The position numbers and the translations under genes are program-made. From assembly GCA_020137815.1 (NCBI GenBank), contig CM035359.1:7998001-8062000 (forward strand): DNA of 64,000 nt, read 5' to 3'. Positions 24,132 through 34,526 of the stretch are shown in pieces (positions within the stretch are counted from its first letter, which is position 1; the number at the start of each line of letters is the position of its first letter). The notes beneath the pieces were generated by a model. The model was given only the letters and a program-made list of their open reading frames with translations. It was not told the origin of the DNA and did no database searches. Origin of the DNA: Hormiphora californensis. Taxonomy: Eukaryota; Animalia; Ctenophora.

Positions 24132-25261
24132 GGTCTTGTTTTTTTTAACTGGTCGTCCGACCAAAATTTTTCAATCAAAGATTCCGATACATTAACATAA
24201 CAGCCGGGGGTTGATTTTCATATACTCAGATGGTGCGGTGTTCAAATTTCCTTTTAGCGAAAAAACCAGATCTCTATCTTACTCCTGAGCGGTGCTATTA
24301 ATGAAAACACGACGTGCGGTGCTCTTGTGCGGTGCTGACCTCTAATTTACCTCCTGGTGCCTCTTATAAGTTGAAATTTCAGGAATCGATGACCATAATT
24401 TTTTCCCAACCAACAAAACTAACATCGATAAACATTTTACTCTTTTAGTGCGGTGCAGGCCTAAATTTCTGCTTTTTTCTTACTCTTGAAGGGTAAAATG
24501 AGCAAATAGCATTACGGTTTCTTGCACACCTTTTCTATCGACATTTCTTGATACTATGAACCTAAAATCAACACTAAAGTTTACTCATGGGGTGCGGTGC
24601 AGAGGCTTCAAAAGTGGTTGCATATTGCGACTTGTCAACTGCACCGCAATTAATGAGTAAATACGTCTGAAAACTAGCTAGTGGTGTAGCTAGTGTCTAT
24701 ATCAACTGTTTCTGATCAAAATTGGAATCGTTTACTCATTTGATGCGGTGCATGGGCATTTTAATAGAACTTGATATTTTCCGTGTCACCGCACCAAATG
24801 AGTAAATTTTTTGATTTTTTTTCAGCACTAATTGTTCCTTTACAAATGAGGAACGTATTAGTCAACATTTGGGGAATAATTAAGTCCATTTGATACTATA
24901 AAACCTCGATTTAAAAATGCTGCTACTTAGAGTGCCAATTGCACCGCACTAGATGAGTCACATGCTTACTCATCGCTGTAGGCAAGATTTATAGACCAAT
25001 TATCTGCAATTTTACTCAAAAATTGCAGTTTTATTATTTGTCCTGAAGATTTTGTACCAGTTTTAGCAAACGTGGTCATATGCACCGCACAACATGAGTA
25101 AAGTTTTAAAAACACAAGCTTAAATTACTCTCAAGACACTTTTACATCATAATTTTGATTTTTAGCAATTTTGAAAAAATATTTCTTACCTAAATACTCC
25201 TTTTTCCAAAATTTGTCGAATTTTCAGTCGAGTAGACGACCAGTTAAAAAAAAACAAGACC
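24132..25261. mobile_element. Non-autonomous TIR element with dispersed TGCGGTGC motifs
   Basis: TIR GGTCTTGTTTTTTTTAACTGGTCGTC and reverse complement; ATAT on both flanks; superfamily uncertain (ISL2EU- or Sola-like). Confidence 0.8.
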
Positions 25262-25580
25262 ATATGCAAATGAAAAGGAAGAAGTCATAAAATGAACATG
25301 TTGTACCTCTAATTATAATATGTACCTCTATCATCCAAAAAATGCACCGCAATCTCGCCCCCTAATTTGCCAACTTGCTTATTAGTGATGGGTGTTTTCA
25401 TCGCTCTCACGGCGAAGTATCGATACATGTGCTAGTAATGCGAAGAGGGCAGCTGAGCCAAGACTATCCGACCGTGAGAGTGGAGTAAATGCCCCCACAT
25501 GCACAACGACTGACTGACATCGGCTCTGAATACAAGTCTCCAGACAGACCCACAATTACACCCGACCATACGCTTGGTAA

Positions 25581-25870
25581 GGGGAAACTCTAACTGAATG
25601 GCATCCCATTAATGGGATCCCATCAACAGTAAAACTCTAACTGATAATGGACCACAGTGATGGTTCTTTCTCTGTATTCTCTCTGTGTGCGCGCCCGTGC
25701 CCGGGCATGCCCTATAGTTCTTTCTCTGTATTCTCTCTGTAGGCAGTACATAGATGTACTGCCTACAGAGAGAATACAGAGAAAGAACCATCACTGTGGT
25801 CCATTATCAGTTAGAGTTTTACTGTTGATGGGACCCCATTAATGGGATGCCATTCAGTTAGAGTTTCCCC
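25581..25870. mobile_element. Palindromic PIF/Harbinger-like MITE, copy 2
   Basis: TAA|GGGG...CCCC|TAA with 3-bp TSD. Confidence 0.88.
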
Positions 25871-26431
25871 TAATGAAATTACCCCTCTGTTATTATTATT
25901 GCTCATGCAAAGGGGTGACTTCGTAACCAAACCATACGCCGACGGAGTCATAGTAGTCCCTTCTACTACCGCACTACTTGGGTAAATTTGAAGTTTTCCA
26001 CCCTACTTTTGAGTTTTTGAAGTTTTTGAAGTTTTTGATGTTGACTTCAAAAACTTCAAAAAGTCGAAACTACTTTTATATGCTATCAATGACTTTTATT
26101 ACACTTGTTTAGGTTAGTTTCATGCTTGATACATATTTTGACAAAGTTATTCCTCCTTGTCTGCCCTTTTTCTACCACAAATAAGGATATCTACAATGAT
26201 TCCTAGCCATGAAATCCATGGCACAAGTTGGTGTAAAAAATTTAAACAATAACTCAAAAAATTGCATAGAAAATGCTTAGAAAGTGTTTAAAAATTATGA
26301 AGTAATTCAGCCCCCCCCCCCAATTCTTGTTAAAGGGTTTGCAGCCAAGGTGAACCGCTCTGATGCTCCATCTTCTTCTTCTTCTTCTTCTTCTTCTTCG
26401 TAGAGGCTGTCTCAGCCCCGTGAGGGGCTGA

Positions 26432-26769
26432 GGGCGGAATCACACCAAGATCTTCGAAAGAATTGTTTCGACGCACCAAACTCAATCACACTGAAAAGTT
26501 TGATTGGTTCTTCACAGCAGGCGTTCAGTTGTTGTGAACGCCTGCTGTGCGCGGCGCATTGGCACGTGCATCTTGGGCGCTGGCAGGCTTCTATATGTTA
26601 CAACATGTGAAAGCCTGCCAGCGCACAAGATGCACGTGCCAATGCGCCGCGCACAGCAGGCGTTCACAAAAACTGAACGCCTGCTGTGAAGAACCAATCA
26701 AACTTTTCAGTGTGATTGAGTTTGGTGCGTCGAAACAATTCTTTCGAAGATCTTGGTGTGATTCCGCCC
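26432..26769. mobile_element. Fully palindromic Harbinger-like MITE
   Basis: GGGCGGAATCACACC...GGTGTGATTCCGCCC; 3-bp TSD TGA. Confidence 0.85.
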
Positions 26770-28580
26770 TGAGATGAAGGGATGTAGCACAGTGGTTACG
26801 TTCCCCAGCCTTGAGGTACCCCGACCAGAAACTCGGGATTTCTGGGGTGTACTTCTTGGAGTCGTAGTGTTTTCTACCTAGAGGACGGGTGAGGGTCCTC
26901 AGGGTGTAGTAGTTTCTCCGCTCTTCGGTAAAACGTGACGGTTTTTTGGAAGGGCAGGTGGTGTCTTATGTCGTCTAAAGTCACGCACAATTTATCGAAT
27001 ACTTCTTGTCGAAGTTTCCACAATAGTGGGCATTCTGTGAGTACGTGTTTGACAGTTTCGTCCTCCATCCCACACAGGTTGCAGGTTGTGGTTTTGACTT
27101 TTTTCAGTTTTTTCATATGGTAGTTTAGATTGCCATGTCCCGTGAGAAGGTGCGTGGCAGCTCTTAGATTAGGCAATTTCTCATTTGCGGCATACGGCGT
27201 CTAGACGGCGTCTAGACGGTATACCGTCTGGACGGGTTTCGGTGAAATCAGCTAAAAACGGTACCGAAAGTGCTTGAGACGGGTTATAGACGGTATCAGA
27301 CGGTCTCTAGACGGGTTATAGACGGTATCAGACGGTGTTGCGACGGTATCAGACGGTCTCTAGACGGTGTCTAGACGGTACCGTCCCGGCGTCTGGACGG
27401 CGTCTGGATGGTGTCTAGACGGTATCCGTCCGAAATTGAGACGGCACGTCTGAAAATTGTATCAGACGTTGAGACGGACTTTTAGAACTCCGTCTGTATT
27501 TCAGACGGAGTTTTAAAAGTACGTCTCAACGCAGTCTAAAGGAAAATCGATGAAAGTACCGTCTAGACAACGTCTCAACTGAAACCGGTCAACATACCGT
27601 CTAAACAACGTCTAGACAACGTCTAAACAGAATCTCGCGATTCAGTTTCAAATACCGTCTAGACAACTTCTCCAGCAATTTCGATAAGAATACCGTCTAA
27701 ACAACGTCTAGACAACGTCTCAAATAATGATGTCTAGACTCGACCGTTTTCGAAGACAGTTGGACCTCGATTTATTTGAAGTTGGGTACGGGAGGATAAC
27801 CCTTTTCCCGTCCCCGAGCATCGCGGTACGACTGTGCTACGACTGTGCTGGTTAAACACATGTGTAATTTTCATTCAATAGGCACACATCTACCACTAAT
27901 TCCAACTGGCATGGGTAATCCAGAATGGTCTTCGAAAACGGTCGAGTCTAGACATCATTATTTGAGACGTTGTCTAGACGTTGTCTAGACGGTATTTGAA
28001 ACTGAATCGCGAGATTCTGTTTAGACGTTGTCTAGACGTTGTTTAGACGGTATGTTAACCGGTTTCAGTTGAGACGTTGTCTAGACGCACTATGGGGTCA
28101 ATTCCGGTCAGCTCGCGAAATGCCGTGTTTTTGGCCCCAGAACGCGCAACAGAGCTTTAAATCTCGACCCTGTTGCGCGTTTTACACATAAAATTGGCGC
28201 TGGAAAGCGATTTTTCAGCATAAATACTGCAAAAAGTCAAAGTTCGCTTGCCCGCACCCTCTTAAATTTGGCTACAGACTATCCAGTACAACCCCCTGAT
28301 CGTTCTGGTACCAAATATGTCCACGCTCCGAATAGCGAAAAAAATCTGTTTCATTTTAAAGTTTTCAAATGGCTCTCATTCTCTCATTTTGCAGATTATA
28401 GATCTAGCTAGATGTAGAAGTTAGTATCCTGGTAGAGTGCTCGATCCGGGGATGCGGAGAGCTTAACTAGTGTGACAAGTGAAAACAAGGATTTACAAAA
28501 TCAACAAATGTTTCACGCAAAAGCGATCGTCAGGATTTAAAATTGTAAACTTGTTTACTCGTTAACAGTCCTCTGCTCCT

Positions 28581-30659
28581 TCATAAAGTTGGGTGTTTCA
28601 TGAGTTTAACGGCTAGATACTTCCTCTTGTGCGGACACTTGTTTAACAGTTCGCTCTTCCTGTTTATCAGGTCCTTCCCTCTGAGGATGTGGTACTTTTC
28701 CGCCAGACACAGATTACAGGTTATATTACCAGGTTCATATGTGCGAGCTTTGGCTAATAATCGCCATGTTATGTCATGTCTTATGTCTCTGTCCTTTAGT
28801 CTCCAGACTAGTTTGGACAGTTCTGTCTCGTTTTTGTATCTGTCGTGTCTGAATGTAGTTTTGTGTGTGTTCAGTCTGGATTTAAACGTCCCCTCGGCCA
28901 TTCCGACGTATTTTGACTCCTTGTTCCCGTGCTTCACAGTAGCCTCGTACACTACCCCTGTCGTTAGGCACTTTTTATTTACGGGGCATGATTCGGCTTT
29001 CCTGCAGTTGCATTCCTTTCCCTTCCCTTCATGCATCTCTTCTGCTTTCTTCAGGAGCTTCTTGTTGGTAGCCTTGACGATGCTGTCCATGTTCATCATG
29101 GTAGAGTAGGACAATTTTACCGTCTTTTTGTTGAAGAGCCGGTGAAATGGGTGTTGGGGAGGAAAGTGCAGTCTCAGTAGGTCGAAAAACTGTTTTCCGA
29201 TATCCGTAGCCACATTTTTCGAGAATGGCGGGTTGAACCAAATGATTTTTCTCGCCCTTTTCCTCTTCCGGTGTTTTCCACCTTGCTGAATTTTTGTGAA
29301 CTTCATGTCAGATTTGTATCCTGCTTTTACCAATGCCTCTTGGTAGACATCCTTGCATTCTTCGAATTCTTTCTCCGAGTGCGATAGACTGCATAGGCGG
29401 TCCTGTATGGTCCTTGGAATGTTTTTCAGGATTACAGGTGGGTGGTTTGAGGATTTGTTCACGTAGGTGGTGTTGCTATTGGGTTTCCGGAATGGTTTGA
29501 AGGTTCCTGTCTCTGCGTTGAGAGTGACGTCCAGTATATTCACAATTTTTCCCACTTGTTCCACCGTTATTTTCATTCCGTTGTTCTTGAATAGCCGGTG
29601 CAGGTGTTTTTCAATTCGGTTTAAAAGTGGTCCGTTGCTGTTGTTGATGTATATCAACCCATCGTCTCTGTACATTCCGCTGTGGCAACCCTCGTGGTTT
29701 GATTCTAGGTAGTTCTGGATTTGCTGTAGCAGGTATATTCCTACCAGGTCAGATGCTTCAGCTCCATCTAGTGCACCCATGGTAATATCGAAATTTTTGT
29801 CTTTTTTCCTCCACACTTTGTTGTCACTGAACAGTACGCTCTTCCTGCATGCCTTAATCACCTCAACATGTTCTGGTGGTATGTCTGTTAGTGATTTTGC
29901 ACTCTCTATTGCTCTGTCCATGAGATTTTCGGAGATTGATGGGTAGAACTCGGCAATATCAAATTGGAGTAATGATGCTTTTTCTGGTTTCGGATTTCCT
30001 TCGTGCCTTTTTTGAAACCATGATAGCAGTTGTTGGGTGCTGATCCATTGGGATACTCCGGATTTCCTCTTTACTTCTTTGATTATGCCTTCCAGAATTA
30101 GCTTGCTGGCTTTTCCCAGTTGGTTTGAAGATGGGTTTATTAGCCTGCATTTGGGAGCATTCTGGAACCCTTCTTTGTGGTCTTTGACCGATATGAATGC
30201 TGGTGCCTCGCTGTGGCATTCTATTCGGTCCTCAATTTTCAGTGTCCTGGCTTGGTTGCAAATCTCTTGGTTGATCTTTTGTAGATTGTTGTCATTGTCA
30301 ATTTTGTAGTCTTTTGTAATTGTGTTGGTCAGTAGTTGTCTGTAGTCAGTCAAGCTCACACTGTACCTGTTCTGTGTTTTATCTGCGTTGAGGATGATGT
30401 TCTTAGTCTCTCTGATCTTTTTTGCCTCCTTCCCCATTTCCAGTAGCGTTGGGTCTTGAACTTTCCGGAATTCTATATTCCCTATGAGATGGTATACATC
30501 CCGTTCAAAGGGCTTTAGAAGATCGTGTATGGGAGGAGTTTTTGTAGATTTCAGGATTTTTTTGAACTTTGTTCCTTCTTGGTCTTGGTCTTGGTCCGTG
30601 GTTTCCTCCTCACTTTTTCTTTCGCTCCAAAAAGCTTTCCATCTTATGTTCTTCAAGAA
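28581..30659 (-). CDS. 5'-truncated inverted copy of the Penelope-like RT/GIY-YIG ORF
   Basis: Translation identical to 30769-32946 from KNIRWKAF onward; lacks about 34 N-terminal residues. Confidence 0.85.
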   Translation of the reverse strand, partial: FLKNIRWKAFWSERKSEEETTDQDQDQEGTKFKKILKSTKTPPIHDLLKPFERDVYHLIGNIEFRKVQDPTLLEMGKEAKKIRETKNIILNADKTQNRYSVSLTDYRQLLTNTITKDYKIDNDNNLQKINQEICNQARTLKIEDRIECHSEAPAFISVKDHKEGFQNAPKCRLINPSSNQLGKASKLILEGIIKEVKRKSGVSQWISTQQLLSWFQKRHEGNPKPEKASLLQFDIAEFYPSISENLMDRAIESAKSLTDIPPEHVEVIKACRKSVLFSDNKVWRKKDKNFDITMGALDGAEASDLVGIYLLQQIQNYLESNHEGCHSGMYRDDGLIYINNSNGPLLNRIEKHLHRLFKNNGMKITVEQVGKIVNILDVTLNAETGTFKPFRKPNSNTTYVNKSSNHPPVILKNIPRTIQDRLCSLSHSEKEFEECKDVYQEALVKAGYKSDMKFTKIQQGGKHRKRKRARKIIWFNPPFSKNVATDIGKQFFDLLRLHFPPQHPFHRLFNKKTVKLSYSTMMNMDSIVKATNKKLLKKAEEMHEGKGKECNCRKAESCPVNKKCLTTGVVYEATVKHGNKESKYVGMAEGTFKSRLNTHKTTFRHDRYKNETELSKLVWRLKDRDIRHDITWRLLAKARTYEPGNITCNLCLAEKYHILRGKDLINRKSELLNKCPHKRKYLAVKLMKHPTL

Positions 30660-30768
30660 CAGGTCTCCGCATCCCCGGATCGAGCACTCTACCAGGATAC
30701 TAACTTCTACATCTAGCTAGTAACAGCTCCTACCAACCGGCAGTCGAGCACTTTTACAGTTATCAACG

Positions 30769-32946
30769 ATGATCCTGGACAAACTGAAGCTCCAGTTCAA
30801 CGGCAAAGATATACCTCTTCCCTCCAAAGAGCAATACATGAAAAAACTGATCACTCAAACAGAAAAGTTCTTGAAGAACATAAGATGGAAAGCTTTTTGG
30901 AGCGAAAGAAAAAGTGAGGAGGAAACCACGGACCAAGACCAAGACCAAGAAGGAACAAAGTTCAAAAAAATCCTGAAATCTACAAAAACTCCTCCCATAC
31001 ACGATCTTCTAAAGCCCTTTGAACGGGATGTATACCATCTCATAGGGAATATAGAATTCCGGAAAGTTCAAGACCCAACGCTACTGGAAATGGGGAAGGA
31101 GGCAAAAAAGATCAGAGAGACTAAGAACATCATCCTCAACGCAGATAAAACACAGAACAGGTACAGTGTGAGCTTGACTGACTACAGACAACTACTGACC
31201 AACACAATTACAAAAGACTACAAAATTGACAATGACAACAATCTACAAAAGATCAACCAAGAGATTTGCAACCAAGCCAGGACACTGAAAATTGAGGACC
31301 GAATAGAATGCCACAGCGAGGCACCAGCATTCATATCGGTCAAAGACCACAAAGAAGGGTTCCAGAATGCTCCCAAATGCAGGCTAATAAACCCATCTTC
31401 AAACCAACTGGGAAAAGCCAGCAAGCTAATTCTGGAAGGCATAATCAAAGAAGTAAAGAGGAAATCCGGAGTATCCCAATGGATCAGCACCCAACAACTG
31501 CTATCATGGTTTCAAAAAAGGCACGAAGGAAATCCGAAACCAGAAAAAGCATCATTACTCCAATTTGATATTGCCGAGTTCTACCCATCAATCTCCGAAA
31601 ATCTCATGGACAGAGCAATAGAGAGTGCAAAATCACTAACAGACATACCACCAGAACATGTTGAGGTGATTAAGGCATGCAGGAAGAGCGTACTGTTCAG
31701 TGACAACAAAGTGTGGAGGAAAAAAGACAAAAATTTCGATATTACCATGGGTGCACTAGATGGAGCTGAAGCATCTGACCTGGTAGGAATATACCTGCTA
31801 CAGCAAATCCAGAACTACCTAGAATCAAACCACGAGGGTTGCCACAGCGGAATGTACAGAGACGATGGGTTGATATACATCAACAACAGCAACGGACCAC
31901 TTTTAAACCGAATTGAAAAACACCTGCACCGGCTATTCAAGAACAACGGAATGAAAATAACGGTGGAACAAGTGGGAAAAATTGTGAATATACTGGACGT
32001 CACTCTCAACGCAGAGACAGGAACCTTCAAACCATTCCGGAAACCCAATAGCAACACCACCTACGTGAACAAATCCTCAAACCACCCACCTGTAATCCTG
32101 AAAAACATTCCAAGGACCATACAGGACCGCCTATGCAGTCTATCGCACTCGGAGAAAGAATTCGAAGAATGCAAGGATGTCTACCAAGAGGCATTGGTAA
32201 AAGCAGGATACAAATCTGACATGAAGTTCACAAAAATTCAGCAAGGTGGAAAACACCGGAAGAGGAAAAGGGCGAGAAAAATCATTTGGTTCAACCCGCC
32301 ATTCTCGAAAAATGTGGCTACGGATATCGGAAAACAGTTTTTCGACCTACTGAGACTGCACTTTCCTCCCCAACACCCATTTCACCGGCTCTTCAACAAA
32401 AAGACGGTAAAATTGTCCTACTCTACCATGATGAACATGGACAGCATCGTCAAGGCTACCAACAAGAAGCTCCTGAAGAAAGCAGAAGAGATGCATGAAG
32501 GGAAGGGAAAGGAATGCAACTGCAGGAAAGCCGAATCATGCCCCGTAAATAAAAAGTGCCTAACGACAGGGGTAGTGTACGAGGCTACTGTGAAGCACGG
32601 GAACAAGGAGTCAAAATACGTCGGAATGGCCGAGGGGACGTTTAAATCCAGACTGAACACACACAAAACTACATTCAGACACGACAGATACAAAAACGAG
32701 ACAGAACTGTCCAAACTAGTCTGGAGACTAAAGGACAGAGACATAAGACATGACATAACATGGCGATTATTAGCCAAAGCTCGCACATATGAACCTGGTA
32801 ATATAACCTGTAATCTGTGTCTGGCGGAAAAGTACCACATCCTCAGAGGGAAGGACCTGATAAACAGGAAGAGCGAACTGTTAAACAAGTGTCCGCACAA
32901 GAGGAAGTATCTAGCCGTTAAACTCATGAAACACCCAACTTTATGA
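30769..32946 (+). CDS. Penelope-like reverse transcriptase plus GIY-YIG endonuclease, intact, 725 aa
   Basis: ADKT, RLINP, FDIAEFYPSI, MGA, YRDD, FLDV-like ILDV; CNCRKAESCP linker; GVVY...YVG...R..H; ELLNKCPH end (resembles the Hydra clade, from memory). Confidence 0.95.
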   Translation: MILDKLKLQFNGKDIPLPSKEQYMKKLITQTEKFLKNIRWKAFWSERKSEEETTDQDQDQEGTKFKKILKSTKTPPIHDLLKPFERDVYHLIGNIEFRKVQDPTLLEMGKEAKKIRETKNIILNADKTQNRYSVSLTDYRQLLTNTITKDYKIDNDNNLQKINQEICNQARTLKIEDRIECHSEAPAFISVKDHKEGFQNAPKCRLINPSSNQLGKASKLILEGIIKEVKRKSGVSQWISTQQLLSWFQKRHEGNPKPEKASLLQFDIAEFYPSISENLMDRAIESAKSLTDIPPEHVEVIKACRKSVLFSDNKVWRKKDKNFDITMGALDGAEASDLVGIYLLQQIQNYLESNHEGCHSGMYRDDGLIYINNSNGPLLNRIEKHLHRLFKNNGMKITVEQVGKIVNILDVTLNAETGTFKPFRKPNSNTTYVNKSSNHPPVILKNIPRTIQDRLCSLSHSEKEFEECKDVYQEALVKAGYKSDMKFTKIQQGGKHRKRKRARKIIWFNPPFSKNVATDIGKQFFDLLRLHFPPQHPFHRLFNKKTVKLSYSTMMNMDSIVKATNKKLLKKAEEMHEGKGKECNCRKAESCPVNKKCLTTGVVYEATVKHGNKESKYVGMAEGTFKSRLNTHKTTFRHDRYKNETELSKLVWRLKDRDIRHDITWRLLAKARTYEPGNITCNLCLAEKYHILRGKDLINRKSELLNKCPHKRKYLAVKLMKHPTL

Positions 32947-32980
32947 AGGAGCAGAGGACTGTTAACGAGTAAACAAGTTT

Positions 32981-33032
32981 ACAATTTTAAATCCTGACGA
33001 TCGCTTTTGCGTGAAACATTTGTTGATTTTGT
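32981..33032 (+). ncRNA. Minimal type I hammerhead ribozyme (mirror copy 28495-28546, minus)
   Basis: AAATC-CTGACGA-TCGCTTTTGCGT-GAAA-CATTTG-TT-GATTT: conserved core, stem II, 1-bp stem III, GUU site. Confidence 0.75.
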
Positions 33033-33792
33033 AAATCCTTGTTTTCACTTGTCATACTAGCAGATTATAGATCCAAGTTTGGTCTCATTTTGTGTGCCAA
33101 ACGATGGACCACATGTTAGACCCGTTTTCATGGCCATTAGACATCACACGCATTCATAGCGGCGTCTGTTTTGAGTGGCATTTCCTGCGCTAAAAACGGC
33201 ATATTTTCGCGAGCCTAACCGGAAAAACGCGCGTTTTGACCCCATAGTGAGACGGTACTTTCATCGATTTTCCTTTAGACTGCGTTGAGACGTACTTTTA
33301 AAACTCCGTCTGAAATACAGACGGAGTTCTAAAAGTCCGTCTCAACGTCTGGTACAATTTTCAGACGTGCCGTCTCAATTTCGGACGGATACCGTCTAGA
33401 CACCGTCCAGACGCCGTCCAGACGCCGGGACGGTACCGTCTAGAGACCGTCTGATACCGTCGCAACACCGTCTGATACCGTCTATAACCCGTCTAGAGAC
33501 CGTCTGATACCGTCTATAACCCGTCTCAAGCACTTTCGGTACCGTTTTTAGCTTATTTCACCGAAACCCGTCCAGACGGTATACCGTCTAGACGGCGTCT
33601 AGACGCCGTATGCCGCAAATGAGAAATTGCCCTTAGATTACTTCTAGGTAGTCATGTTTTTCAGAGATTTCCCAAATCGGTCAGCCCATATCATATCCAT
33701 GTGGTTATGGTCATGTTACTATGGATTTTAGATTCTAGTATTCAAGAGGACCGGAAGGAGATTATCACCATTGAAGCTAGCTTTTTTTATAG

Positions 33793-33881
33793 GAGAAACG
33801 AAGAGAATTCAATACTTGAGAAAACGATGAAAATTCGCCAACACTCTAGCCAAACTGACACTCCTGATTGTGCTTTCATTG
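33793..33881 (+). CDS. C-type lectin/Sushi gene, exon A (RNEENSILEK...DCAFIG)
   Basis: TTTTTTTATAG acceptor and G|GTATG donor; in frame with exon B; the 5' boundary is less certain. Confidence 0.65.
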
Positions 33882-34017
33882 GTATGTTATCTCTTTTCAG
33901 GTTACCGGTACATCATTACCGAAATAACCGGGCCTTGTTACTTTCTGATCGCGTGAAGCGCAATGATACACTTGCGCAGCAAGCCGAGGTTATGAGTAAG
34001 AACTATTTCCCCTATAG

Positions 34018-34148
34018 GATTCACTGACCGAGCAAGGGAAGGAAGTTGGCGCTGGATGAACGGAGAGAAAGTGACTTATACCAACTGGCATTCTGACTCA
34101 CGGTACGGAGAGCTAGATCAGCCAAACAACGGATATAACCAAGGAGAG
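34018..34148 (+). CDS. C-type lectin/Sushi gene, exon B (GFTDRAREGSWRWMNGEKVTYTNW...QPNNGYNQGE)
   Basis: Classic CTLD IG.TD..EG.W.W..G..V.YTNW...QPNN motif; AG and GT borders. Confidence 0.88.
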
Positions 34149-34393
34149 GTATGGTTCAGGGGTAATTTGCGATTTGTGGGCGTTGCACTATAGACGCAGT
34201 ACCCACGTACTATAACGCCCAATGCCATACTGGGCGTTGAAAAAAGCCTTTTCCTTCAAACAATTGTGCTAGCTTTGAATCTCAGAATCAAAATTCCAGT
34301 AATTAATGAACTATTTCAATGTGAATATCTGGTGCCTAATTATTCATTTTTTAATGAACTAACCTGACGCCTGATCCACAAATGATACACCCA

Positions 34394-34526
34394 AAACAGC
34401 AAAGACAAGATGAATTCAACGTTTCGGATTTAATATCCTTTATCAAGAAATTGGAAATTGGTTTTCCAATTTCTTGATAAAGGATATTAAATCCGAAACG
34501 TTGAATTCATCTTGTCTTTGCTGTTT
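34394..34526. repeat. Perfect palindrome (64-bp arms) containing a hammerhead-variant motif
   Basis: CTTGATAAAGG-ATATTAAAT-CCGAAACGTT present on both strands. Confidence 0.8.

Larger units (their letters stand above)
28405..33059. mobile_element. Penelope-like element inserted as an inverted (head-to-head) dimer
   Basis: 13-14 bp TSD (G)CAGATTATAGATC at 28391-28404 and 33060-33073; 57-bp segment 30664-30720 is the reverse complement of 28404-28460. Confidence 0.93.
28088..33249. mobile_element. Transib-like non-autonomous element (about 490 bp without its insertion)
   Basis: TIR CACTATGGGGTCAA / TTGACCCCATAGTG; 5-bp TSD AGACG. Confidence 0.85.
27172..33631. mobile_element. Merlin-like foldback element built of AGACGG/TCTAGA repeats
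   Basis: TIR GGCAATTTCTCATTTGCGGCATACGGCG; 9-bp TSD CTTAGATTA; arms of about 600 bp. Confidence 0.85.
26372..33720 (-). mobile_element. 5'-truncated I/Loa-type LINE 3' end, host of the nested cluster
   Basis: LLTGHGNLNYH...CNLCGMEDETVKHVLTEC zinc finger (26874-27171), continuing beyond 33640; 3' stem-loop CTCAGCCCC-GTGA-GGGGCTGAG; (GAA)n tail. Confidence 0.75.

Noticed and set aside
28600-32927. Antisense and alternative-frame ORFs over the Penelope and LINE ORFs
   Set aside because: Shadow frames without recognisable motifs.
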